Source: Bacteroidales bacterium (GTDB lineage Bacteria; Bacteroidota; Bacteroidia; Bacteroidales; P3). From it: a stretch of 64,000 nucleotides of DNA. The position numbers and the translations under genes were made by a program. The stretch lies in contig JAEEMK010000075.1 of NCBI GenBank assembly GCA_016283175.1, forward strand, positions 4,724 through 68,723, read 5' to 3'. Below the pieces are notes generated by a model. It ran no database searches and had not been told where the DNA came from. It saw only the letters and a program-made list of their open reading frames with translations. Below, in pieces: positions 28,101 to 35,736 of this stretch. Numbering within the stretch: position 1 is the stretch's first letter; each line of letters starts with the position of its first letter.

Positions 28101-29896
28101 CTAAGGACATTGCCACGCCGCTTAACGTTACCGCTAACGGTGTTATGGGCGGTCTTATCAACGATGGTACCCTCCTGTCGGCTTCGATGTCATTCTCTGA
28201 CAACAACCACCAGTGGCTGACTGGTATTCCCGACAATGATAACTATCCTGTATACAACTGGATTCGAAGCGGTGCCCAGTATGCTGAAAACAACCTTTCT
28301 GTTTTCGTAACTGGTTCTGGCGAATTCACCGGCAATGAACTTTATCTTGATGAAGACTACTATAAGAGCCAAGTCGTTGACGGACGTGTATCCTCTTATG
28401 CTGTTGATAAATATCAAGCTTTTGAGAAAGTCCTATCGGGCACTTGGGCTCCTTATGGTCTTGCTTCGACCCGCGAGTATCATCCCGCATTTTCGTACCG
28501 CTATTATATGACTGAACAGGACATCCTTGACTCGCTCCACGCGCAGGATGCTATGTTCAACCGTAACTACTATCAGAACCTGCGCTACACTCTGTCGCAC
28601 AAGAGAAACAAATCTCTTATGTTCAACGACTTCTCGAAGTTGCCGAGTGTTCGTATCGTTATGACTTCCGATACTACTAAGTGGACTCGTTGCCCGGTTC
28701 TTGAAATGTGCGACGACTACACGCAGTCGGAAGGCAATGCCCGTCGTTTCCAGATGCGTAGGCACGCTTCTATCGACAAGAATGGTGATACTGCTACTGT
28801 CGCCGGTGCCTCGACCGATCCTGGCAGCCCCAATTACATTAGTGATCGTGGTATGGGTTGGTTCCCTGGCTATGCTATCAACCTGGCTACTGGTGAGCGT
28901 CTCAACATTATGTATGGCGAGGATTCTCGTTATGCACAGTTCAATGGTCGCGATATGATGTGGAATCCTGTCAGCACTGTAACTGTAGGTACATCGAACT
29001 ACATTATGGGTGGTCGCCACTTCATCTATGTGATGAATGCCATTTCGCAAGATTTCCCATATTATCACGTCTCGCGTGATGACTATATGCCTTACACCTA
29101 TGCTTCGCCTTCTTACGACGCTGGTGCCTGGGCAGTGAAAATGCTTAAATCTCTTGATCACTTCTTCGAGTGTCCTTATCCTAACACTTCTGCCAACGCT
29201 CAGAAGATTAAGGACTATTACAAAGAGTTCAACAAAGGTTTGCTGAAGTACGAAGGTGCAAAATATATTGTTCCAATCCGTGACTCCTCGGCCTTCCTCT
29301 TCTCGACTGTTGCTTGGGTCAATATGCCAATCGTCAATGAGAATATCAACAATCCTAAAGATATCCCTTGCGATGTCACCATCGACCTCAACGTCAACAA
29401 CCGCTACGGCAGATTCTTGAGCGACAACGGTACAAAACCCGAGAATGCCGGCCTCACTACAATCAACAGCAACAATCCTATGTATATGTTTGAGCTTACT
29501 CCCGACATTGTAACCCTTACCAATGTCGCTACTGGAGCCAATGCTCGCCAGAGCTACAAGGATTCCATTATGGAAGCAATCAATGTTGTACCTAACCCTT
29601 ATTACAGTTATTCTAAATACGAAACCGCTAGTCAGTTGGAGACTAAGGTACGCTTCATCAATGTGCCGGGCAACACCACCATCACTATCTACACGATTGA
29701 TGGTACCCTTGTCCGCACCTTCCCGAACACGCCTAGCAACACGACAACATACGATTGGGATCTTCACAACCACAATGGTATTCCCATTGCCGGTGGTCTC
29801 TACCTCATTCACTTCAACACACCGGGCATCGGTGAACGCGTAGTGAAATGGTTTGGTACGATGCGTCCTGTCGATATGAGTGGTTTCCAGTTCTAA
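25115..29896 (+). CDS. Very large secreted protein with T9SS type-A C-terminal sorting domain (function unknown)
   Basis: The track start 25097 is a GTG, so I used ATG 25115 (MKNIFIKTVLLAFLFSSMMGTAAA signal). The last 85 aa or so (VVPNPYYSY...TTITIYTIDGTLVRTF...YDWDLHNHNGIPIAGGLYLIHF...) match the Por secretion tail pattern. No other domain recognised. Confidence 0.75.
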   Translation: MKNIFIKTVLLAFLFSSMMGTAAARECTTCKSKSAKKAAVQSKAAVCKRAQSTAELNINNVRALINGYGNMWYDGSITQYHIPKDGTSTPLYCAALWIGGTDVNDQLRLAALRFGQEGDDYWPGPLTIDGTADVSIEVCNYYDRHYKISQAEVQSFMQMFDYTANPPQPNEKYDEGAISQAIKEWPAHGNFANQSYYLAPFFDADGDGEYNYQNGDYPYYDFDNALCPRTLKANLKRGETYKPFPTMEDSLGIVKGGLLSDQVLKGDQTIWWVFNDMGNTHTESGGQPIGLEIRAQAFAFSTNDEINNMTFYTYEIINRSTYELRNTYFSQWVDPDLGYGYDDYIGCDVKRGLGYCYNGKDVDGPGTGSYSGIPPAVGIDFFQGPYMDADGKDNPKIDINKMRIYYPEKLANYWIDSLNVYDTIMLSDDADLFYPLAWYFQADDSIGNCAINGVNFGNNIVDDERFGMRRFVYYDNSSSNINGEPSKATDYYNYLQGFWKNGSHMKYGGNAISTGTSSLNCDFMFPDDSDPLHWGTNGVVPDDEFHPNDWTEVTSGDNVTPGDRRFMQSAGPFTLKPGAVNYITVGIPFAQASSGNRWTSVTLLREIDDVCQALFENCFKVLDGPDAPTLIVQEMSNEVILYITYDNPASNNYGESYDEEDASILKSYPSELRHYKFEGYQVYQLANANVSITDIGDETKARLVYQCDIENYYDDTASNPTLPIAKLVNYTSNSSTGLLTGRIMVDGANAGIKHVIRVTTDLFANGTSTNLVNNKEYYYVAVAYAHNRFKEYSQTDPNKLDGQKEPYLAGRKNEYGGTITPVIAKPHNPSSENGGTIVQATYGMSPNITRIEGFGNGGNVLQLTEESIVELMGEPGVAGKGPGRMQEYTTGGTYTAVMNNPCIISHPRYEQNAGPVNVRIIDPLNIKEGQFYINFTGVSDSAKWSISKVDGTPLYYVKTGSNDSVGVYTDTADFVISRYNEQLFLDLGIAVAITNPKDIATPLNVTANGVMGGLINDGTLLSASMSFSDNNHQWLTGIPDNDNYPVYNWIRSGAQYAENNLSVFVTGSGEFTGNELYLDEDYYKSQVVDGRVSSYAVDKYQAFEKVLSGTWAPYGLASTREYHPAFSYRYYMTEQDILDSLHAQDAMFNRNYYQNLRYTLSHKRNKSLMFNDFSKLPSVRIVMTSDTTKWTRCPVLEMCDDYTQSEGNARRFQMRRHASIDKNGDTATVAGASTDPGSPNYISDRGMGWFPGYAINLATGERLNIMYGEDSRYAQFNGRDMMWNPVSTVTVGTSNYIMGGRHFIYVMNAISQDFPYYHVSRDDYMPYTYASPSYDAGAWAVKMLKSLDHFFECPYPNTSANAQKIKDYYKEFNKGLLKYEGAKYIVPIRDSSAFLFSTVAWVNMPIVNENINNPKDIPCDVTIDLNVNNRYGRFLSDNGTKPENAGLTTINSNNPMYMFELTPDIVTLTNVATGANARQSYKDSIMEAINVVPNPYYSYSKYETASQLETKVRFINVPGNTTITIYTIDGTLVRTFPNTPSNTTTYDWDLHNHNGIPIAGGLYLIHFNTPGIGERVVKWFGTMRPVDMSGFQF

Positions 29897-29926
29897 TTAT
29901 CATCAAACATTTAAATTTTGACAGAA

Positions 29927-30997
29927 ATGAAAAGAATATTAAGTATATTAACTGTAATGGTCCTCACAGCGTCGCTGTCGGCACCCAGCGTATTCGCCGG
30001 CAACGACAACCGTAGAGGAACGGCAGGTGCTACGGAACTGCTCATCAACCCTTGGGCACGCAGTTCTAGCTGGGGTGGCATCAACACCTCCTGTGCACGC
30101 GGCATTGATGCTTTCTTCAGCAACATCGCTGGACTTTCATTCGTTGAGAAGACTGAATTCGTTTACACCAACACTATCCTTTACGGTGGTCGTAGCGGTC
30201 TCCGCAGCGGTGCCTCGGTCAACGCTTTCGGTCTTGCCATCCGTTTGGGCGACGCTGGTGTTTTGGGTGCTTACGTTATGGCTATGGGCTGTGGTGACCT
30301 TCCTATTACCACTGAAAACAGCCCTGAACCTGGCAGCAATGGTACCTTCTCACCGACGCTGATGAACCTCAACGTGGCTTTCTCCTATTCGTTTACCAAC
30401 TCAATCCACGGTGGTGCCAACATCAAAGTTATCACCGAGTCGACCGACGACATAGGAGCAACAGGCGTTGCTATCGATGCCGGTATCCAGTATCAAACTG
30501 GTGAAAACGACGAGCTCAAGTTCGGTATCTCCCTCAAGAATATCGGACCCGCTCTCAGCTTCAGTGGTACTGGTATGGCTTTCACCACAGTCAACGAATC
30601 TGGTAACTCGATGACCGTTGAACTTCGTGAGTCCGAAATGGAGCTTCCTACCTGTCTGAATATCGGTGTCTCCTATGATTTCCTGTTTGAGAAGTGGAAC
30701 CAGCGCCTCACAGCCGCTGCCAATTTCACATCCAACGCATTCCTTCGCGACAACTTCGGTATCGGTTTCGAGTACTCGTTGCTTGACCGTTTCCAGGCAC
30801 GTGCAGGCTATGTCTATCAGACCGATATCTTCGACAGCGACAACCGCACTACCGCCAATACTGGTATCCACGCTGGTGCCTCTGTCCTCTTCCCCTTCGG
30901 CAAGGACGGCGACAAGAATCTTTCGCTTGACTACTCATACCGCAGTGCCGGCAACCTGAAAGGCAGCCACTCCATCGGAGCCACTTTCAAGTTCTAA
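29927..30997 (+). CDS. PorV/PorQ-family outer-membrane beta-barrel protein
   Basis: Trimmed to MKRILSILTVMVLTASLSAPSVFA. RRGTAGATELLINPWARSSSWGGINTSCARGIDAFFSNIAGLSF mirrors the G-AGA-FL-I-ARA-GMGGA...NPAGLA N-terminal signature of PorV/PorQ. It ends ...HSIGATFKF. Confidence 0.65.
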   Translation: MKRILSILTVMVLTASLSAPSVFAGNDNRRGTAGATELLINPWARSSSWGGINTSCARGIDAFFSNIAGLSFVEKTEFVYTNTILYGGRSGLRSGASVNAFGLAIRLGDAGVLGAYVMAMGCGDLPITTENSPEPGSNGTFSPTLMNLNVAFSYSFTNSIHGGANIKVITESTDDIGATGVAIDAGIQYQTGENDELKFGISLKNIGPALSFSGTGMAFTTVNESGNSMTVELRESEMELPTCLNIGVSYDFLFEKWNQRLTAAANFTSNAFLRDNFGIGFEYSLLDRFQARAGYVYQTDIFDSDNRTTANTGIHAGASVLFPFGKDGDKNLSLDYSYRSAGNLKGSHSIGATFKF

Positions 30998-31027
30998 GGA
31001 AAGAGACAATCCACATAATGAAAAGTT

Positions 31028-31062
31028 AGGAAAGGTCTTTTCAGAGACCTTTCCTGCTTTTT
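31028..31062 (+). terminator. Rho-independent terminator after the PorV/PorQ-like gene
   Basis: AGGAAAGGTCT tttcag AGACCTTTCCT followed by GCTTTTT. Confidence 0.7.
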
Positions 31063-31107
31063 AGCATAAATTCTGAAAACAACTCCAATAAAGATAAATA
31101 CACAACT

Positions 31108-31581
31108 ATGTCAGAAATAAAATACTACAGCGAAGAAGGTCTGCAAAAGCTCAGAGACGAACTGCATCACCTCATAGCCATCGAACGTCCTGCAGCGGCA
31201 GCAGCCATTGCCGAGGCACGCGACAAGGGCGACCTTTCGGAGAATGCCGAATACGATGCTGCCAAGGAGGCTCAAGGTCATCTTGAAGCACGTATATCCA
31301 AACTGCAGGACCTCATCGCCAATGCCCGTCTGCTTGACGAGTCCAAGATCGACACGTCAAAGGTCCTTCTGCTCTCCAAAATCACCATTCGCAACACCAA
31401 GAACAATATGAAGCAGGTCTACACCATTGTTCCCGAGAGCGAAGCCAACCTCAAACAGGGTCTCATCTCCGTCTCCTCGCCCTTCGCACAGGCCTTTCTT
31501 GGCAAGCGCGCCGGCGAGCAGGTCGAAGTTGTTGTGCCTGCAGGTACAATGCATTTCGAGATTCTTTCCGTTGAACGTTAA
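31108..31581 (+). CDS. greA: Transcription elongation factor GreA
   Basis: 157 aa. AIAEARDKGDLSENAEYDAAKEAQ and the C-terminal ISVSSPFAQAFLGKRAGEQVEV. Confidence 0.95.
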   Translation: MSEIKYYSEEGLQKLRDELHHLIAIERPAAAAAIAEARDKGDLSENAEYDAAKEAQGHLEARISKLQDLIANARLLDESKIDTSKVLLLSKITIRNTKNNMKQVYTIVPESEANLKQGLISVSSPFAQAFLGKRAGEQVEVVVPAGTMHFEILSVER

Positions 31582-31593
31582 TCCCCCTACATT

Positions 31594-31986
31594 ATGGCAA
31601 GCATTTTTTCACGTATCGTCGCAGGCGAGATACCCTGCTACAAAGTGGCCGAAACAGACAATTGCCTCGCCTTCCTCGACGTAAATCCGGTTGTAAAAGG
31701 ACACGTACTTTGCATACCAAAGAAAGAGGTCGATTACATATTCGACCTTGACGATGAGCTGTTTGTCGAACTGCATCGCTTCAGCCGCAAGGTGGCCAAA
31801 GGACTCAAGAAAGTATGTCCTTGCATTAAGGTTGGCGTAGCCGTGGTCGGCATCGATGTGCCTCATACGCACATCCACCTTATGCCGCTCAACAATCCCG
31901 GTGACCTCAATTTCAGCCACCACGTAAAGATGGAGCCTGCCGAAATGCAGGAGTTGGCTGCCCAAATTGCCGCGGCAATCGAATAG
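31594..31986 (+). CDS. HIT-family (histidine triad) nucleotide hydrolase
   Basis: 130 aa. IFSRIVAGEIPCYKV and the HTHIHLMP triad. Confidence 0.9.
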   Translation: MASIFSRIVAGEIPCYKVAETDNCLAFLDVNPVVKGHVLCIPKKEVDYIFDLDDELFVELHRFSRKVAKGLKKVCPCIKVGVAVVGIDVPHTHIHLMPLNNPGDLNFSHHVKMEPAEMQELAAQIAAAIE

Positions 31987-32019
31987 CCGTTTTGTTCAAA
32001 ACACAGGTGCAAATTCATA

Positions 32020-32059
32020 TGCCTTTGGAGACTTCCAGCCTCCAAAGGCATTTTTTTTT
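32020..32059 (+). terminator. Rho-independent terminator of greA-HIT
   Basis: TGCCTTTGGAG acttccagc CTCCAAAGGCA followed by T9. Confidence 0.8.
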
Positions 32060-32625
32060 GCTATATAGCATAATCTTTGTAATTTGTAGTAAATATTTTG
32101 AAATCGAAAAGATGGAGGCTGGTCGACACATTCATTGAACACTAAGTATTTACTAAAGGAACGTCCGCAATCAAGAAAAGAAACCCCTATAAGGCAAATC
32201 TTTCATATTGCTGTAATTCGAGTATACAGATAAACATTAATTTATAGTATTACCAAACTCTTTCCCCAACGCCTTTTTTTTGTTAAAACTTTATTGTATA
32301 AACAAGTGTAAAATTAACATTTTGCAAGTTGCTGATTATTAGAAACGTTGCAAAGGTGCGTATACCTATCTATAGGCTAAATATCTATAAAACAGTTACC
32401 AAATACTTATAAAAGTTCACTAAAAGCGTACATATGTAGAATTTGGTAGGTATTTGGTAAGAAGATGGTAAAAAGATAATTCTTGGAAAACAGAGGGTTA
32501 GGAGTGGGTCTTGGTAGGGTGTTTTTGGACGATTTTAGAGGAAAATGGCGCGAAAATGGCTTTGAAATGTTAAATTTTAACATTTGCTGATGGATTGTTG
32601 TGCTTTGTTTGTGGGGTGACAAAAA

Positions 32626-32655
32626 GATGACGCCGCAGGGAACTGCGGCGTCATC
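32626..32655. terminator. 13-bp-stem hairpin downstream of purM (usable on both strands)
   Basis: GATGACGCCGCAG ggaa CTGCGGCGTCATC. On the minus strand it is followed by TTTTTGT. On the plus strand a T9 run follows after a 7-nt spacer. Confidence 0.6.
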
Positions 32656-32695
32656 GAGAGAGTTTTTTTTTATCTTGTAAGTCTTGTGACGGCGG

Positions 32696-33862
32696 TTAAT
32701 AGATGAATTCGCCGTGCTCGCTGCGGACGATTACCTGTGCTTTGTCGCAGGGTTCGCAGTGGCCAATGATTTGGGCGTCGATGTTGAAGCTGCGCGATAT
32801 GTCGATGATGCCTTTTGCTGTGGCTTCGTCGGTGTAGATTTCCATACGGTGGCCCATATTGAAGACGGTGTACATCTCGCGCCAGTCGGTGCCGCTCTGC
32901 TCGTGGATGAGGCGGAACAGCGGCGGGGTGGGGAAGAGGTTGTCTTTGACGACGTTGAGTTTGTCGATGAAGTGGAGCACTTTTGTCTGTGCGCCGCCGC
33001 TACAATGTATCATACCGTCGATTTTGGGGCGGTACTCGTCGAGGATGCGGCGTATAACGGGTGCATAGGTGCGGGTGGGGGAGAGGACCATCTTGCCGGC
33101 GTCGACACCTTCAACTTCGGTGGGGTCGGTGAGCCGTTTGCCGCCGCAGTATACCACTTCGTCGGGCAGGTTGTGGTCGAAGCTTTCGGGGAACTGCTTG
33201 GCATAGTATTTTGCGAAAACGTCGTGGCGTGCCGATGTGAGGCCGTTGCTGCCCATACCGCCGTTGTATTCGGTTTCGTAGGTGGCCTGACCGTAGGAGG
33301 CAAGGCCCACGATGACGTTGCCTGGACGGATGTTGGCATTGTCGACGACGTCAGCGCGGCGCATACGAGCCGTGACGGTACTGTCGACGATGATGGTGCG
33401 CACCAGGTCGCCTACGTCGGCTGTTTCGCCGCCGGTGAGGGTGATGCCGATGCCGAGGTCGCGCATTTGCTGCAGGAACTCCTCGGTGCCGTTGATGACG
33501 GCGCTGATTACTTCGCCCGGGACAAGGTGCTTGTTGCGTCCTATGGTGCTGCTGAGCAGTATGTTGTCGACTGCGCCTACGCAGAGCAGGTCGTCGAGGT
33601 TCATCACAACGGCATCGATGGCAATGCCTTTCCACACGCTGAGATCGCCTGTTTCCTTCCAGTAGAGGTATGCCAGCGACGACTTGGTGCCGGCGCCGTC
33701 GGCGTGCATTATGTTGCAATAGTCGGGGTCGCCGCCCAGGATGTCGGGTATGATTTTGCAGAAAGCCTTGGGATATAGGCCTTTGTCGATGTTTTTGATG
33801 GCGTTGTGTACGTCTTCTTTGGCAGCCGATACGCCGCGCAGGTTGTATTTCAGAGTGTCCAT
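32696..33862 (-). CDS. purM: Phosphoribosylformylglycinamidine cyclo-ligase (AIR synthase), Bacteroidota long type
   Basis: Trimmed to MDTLKYNLRGVSAAKEDVH. HADGAGTKS and GGETAD motifs of AIR synthase-related proteins. The TACTTTTG box lies at 33884..33891. Confidence 0.8.
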   Translation of the reverse strand: MDTLKYNLRGVSAAKEDVHNAIKNIDKGLYPKAFCKIIPDILGGDPDYCNIMHADGAGTKSSLAYLYWKETGDLSVWKGIAIDAVVMNLDDLLCVGAVDNILLSSTIGRNKHLVPGEVISAVINGTEEFLQQMRDLGIGITLTGGETADVGDLVRTIIVDSTVTARMRRADVVDNANIRPGNVIVGLASYGQATYETEYNGGMGSNGLTSARHDVFAKYYAKQFPESFDHNLPDEVVYCGGKRLTDPTEVEGVDAGKMVLSPTRTYAPVIRRILDEYRPKIDGMIHCSGGAQTKVLHFIDKLNVVKDNLFPTPPLFRLIHEQSGTDWREMYTVFNMGHRMEIYTDEATAKGIIDISRSFNIDAQIIGHCEPCDKAQVIVRSEHGEFIY

Positions 33863-33883
33863 TTTTAACTTGTTATTCGATTG

Positions 33884-33891
33884 CAAAAGTA
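33884..33891 (-). promoter_or_regulatory. -7 promoter box (TACTTTTG) of purM
   Basis: It is the reverse complement of CAAAAGTA and lies 22 nt upstream of ATG 33862. Confidence 0.5.
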
Positions 33892-33959
33892 CGAATTTTT
33901 TGCCGTTTGAAGAAAAAAATGTAATTTTGTACAATCTAACGATTATCCACAGAAACTAT

Positions 33960-34592
33960 ATGGATTTAAAACTCAATAAAATAGTATTGTCGTTTTGCCT
34001 TGTGGCGCTTCTTTTTCCTGCTGCACTCCGGGCGCAAAGCAGTGGTGAGACGATGGGGTTGCGCAACGATTTGAAGCTTACTTTGCTTTCGTTGGGCAGT
34101 GGCTCGACACGCATCACCTACGAACGTGCCTTTAGTAAGAGAAACAGTGCGGAGCTGACGGTGGGATTCATCGGAATGGGATGGGACTGGATGAACCACG
34201 CGCGTTCCAAGGGGCTATTGGGCAAGTTCGCGTACAAATGGCGCCTGATTCCGCAGGGTTCGTCGCGCAGCTGGCTGGCGGGAATGTATGTAAAGCCCGA
34301 GTTGGTATATGCGCAGTTCGTCTATGGTCCGCAACGAGGCAGAGAAGGAATGAGGACGAAAGCACGTGGCGATATGTCGTCGACAGCCCCCGAGGAGACC
34401 CGCCAGTTCGCCCTTCTTGCTGAATGTGGCTACCAGCTTTTGTGGGATTGGTTTTTGTTCGATGTGTACTGCGGCCTTGGACCGTCATTCGGAACAGGTA
34501 ACAGTAACAATTATTATCACAGTTTTATGCTTTACCCCTCCGACGGACGTCTGGCTTTCACGGCCGGTTTCCGTATAGGTGTGGCTTTTTAA
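33960..34592 (+). CDS. Small outer-membrane beta-barrel-like protein (first gene of the PqqD operon)
   Basis: Trimmed to MDLKLNKIVLSFCLVALLFPAALRAQS (signal peptide). Alternating-hydrophobic strands. The C-terminal ...FTAGFRIGVAF has a terminal Phe. It lies 10 nt before the PqqD-like ATG. Confidence 0.5.
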   Translation: MDLKLNKIVLSFCLVALLFPAALRAQSSGETMGLRNDLKLTLLSLGSGSTRITYERAFSKRNSAELTVGFIGMGWDWMNHARSKGLLGKFAYKWRLIPQGSSRSWLAGMYVKPELVYAQFVYGPQRGREGMRTKARGDMSSTAPEETRQFALLAECGYQLLWDWFLFDVYCGLGPSFGTGNSNNYYHSFMLYPSDGRLAFTAGFRIGVAF

Positions 34593-34602
34593 ACGTCTAG
34601 AA

Positions 34603-34869
34603 ATGAAGATTTTGTCCAAATACAAAGTGCGCGATGTCGCGGGTGAAAAGATCGTAATGGTGCAAGGCCGGAACCCTGGCGATATGACTACGGTCATCGC
34701 CCTCAACGAGACGTCGCTCTATCTATGGGATAATTTGTATGGTCGGGATTTCGAACAGGGTGATGTCGTTGCTTTGCTTTTGGAACGCTACGACGTGGAT
34801 GAGGCTACGGCTGCAAAGGACGCATCCAGATGGATTGAAACATTGCGAGAACACAATATATTGGGCTGA
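34603..34869 (+). CDS. PqqD-family protein (RiPP-recognition-element-like peptide chaperone)
   Basis: 88 aa from the ATG (MKILSKYKVRDVAGEKIVMV...). VIALNETSLYLWDNLYGRDFEQGDVVALLLERYDVDEATAAKDASRWIETLREHNIL follows the PqqD pattern (LN-t-iW...ei...l...y-vd-e-a-Dv-fl-L). Confidence 0.7.
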   Translation: MKILSKYKVRDVAGEKIVMVQGRNPGDMTTVIALNETSLYLWDNLYGRDFEQGDVVALLLERYDVDEATAAKDASRWIETLREHNILG

Positions 34870-35735
34870 TGGGAGTTGTGCTGTATGTCGGTGGCCATAG
34901 GCTTGTGGTTGAAGGCGATTGCGCCGAGCGTTTCCTGCGCTCTTATAATGGTGCGCAGCCGTTCATAACCGACCTTTGCGAGGCAGATTGGACGGTGCGT
35001 TACGGCATTTCCCTTGAGCCTGCAACAGACGGCGAGACATTAAGCGAATTTACATTCAGTGAAATTAACTCTCATTGCCAGTTCGGGCGCTGTGGCGACG
35101 ACTATTACTATGAGATGTACGACTCGCAAAGCGGCGCTAGGCTGATTGCTATGCGTCACCGTAGAGGCAGTGACTATGTGGAGGCGACAAATTGTGCAAA
35201 TCCGTCGGCACTGCGCTTCTCGCTATGGTTTGCCTATAGTATGCTGGCGGCATCGTCAAAGACCACTTTTGTGCATAGCTCGGTGATTGTATATGGAGAT
35301 CGTGCCATACTGTTTCTCGGCGAGTCGGGAACCGGCAAGAGTACGCACACACGCTTGTGGCTTGAGAATATCGGTGAAGCGCAGCTGCTCAATGACGACA
35401 GTCCTGTTCTTGCCATCGAGAACGGTAAGCCATACGTCTTTGGGAGTCCTTGGAGCGGAAAGACGCCTTGCTACATTGCGCGACGGTTTCCGTTGGGGGC
35501 ACTTGTGAGACTTTCGCAGGCTCCTCAGAACAGAATGCACCGCCTGTCGATTCCTGAGGCGCTGGCTGCGTTGCAGCCCTCGCTGCCTCCGGCACTGATG
35601 CAGGACGAGTACTTTGCAGACAGGCTTATTGATATTGTTTCCGACACTATCTCGGCGGTTCCGGCCTATCATCTGGGATGTCTGCCAGATGCTGATGCCG
35701 CACGTTTGAGTTGTAGAACCATTTTTGGTGACTGA
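34869..35735 (+). CDS. HPr-kinase-C-terminal-like P-loop protein
   Basis: 288 aa. Its ATG overlaps the PqqD TGA (cTGATGg). Walker A AILFLGESGTGKSTHTRLW is followed by LLNDDSPVL, mirroring HprK GxSGxGKS...L-xDD. The N-terminal half is not recognised. Confidence 0.6.
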   Translation: MGVVLYVGGHRLVVEGDCAERFLRSYNGAQPFITDLCEADWTVRYGISLEPATDGETLSEFTFSEINSHCQFGRCGDDYYYEMYDSQSGARLIAMRHRRGSDYVEATNCANPSALRFSLWFAYSMLAASSKTTFVHSSVIVYGDRAILFLGESGTGKSTHTRLWLENIGEAQLLNDDSPVLAIENGKPYVFGSPWSGKTPCYIARRFPLGALVRLSQAPQNRMHRLSIPEALAALQPSLPPALMQDEYFADRLIDIVSDTISAVPAYHLGCLPDADAARLSCRTIFGD

Positions 35736-35736
35736 T

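Noticed and set aside
25577-29812. Long minus-strand ORFs (349 aa at 25577..26626, 459 aa at 28433..29812, and others) inside the 1594-aa gene
   Set aside because: They are antisense to a continuous 4.8-kb plus-strand reading frame that has a signal peptide and a T9SS CTD. They have no motifs and look like shadow frames.
29927-30997. Calling this gene the canonical porV
   Set aside because: Only the family-level N-terminal signature is visible. At 356 aa it is somewhat shorter than the PorV proteins I recall, and it is not next to the C25/PorU-like gene. I kept it as a PorV/PorQ-family paralogue.
32407-32622. 71-aa minus-strand ORF in the long intergenic region
   Set aside because: It is the reverse translation of the C-depleted tract, giving a Pro/Leu/Lys/Phe-rich product. 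It has no promoter box or conserved motif, so I treat the region as non-coding (see the finding at 32060..32625).
32714-33778. 354-aa ORF on the plus strand
   Set aside because: It is antisense to purM and has a Val/Ala/Gly/Asp-rich shadow-frame composition.
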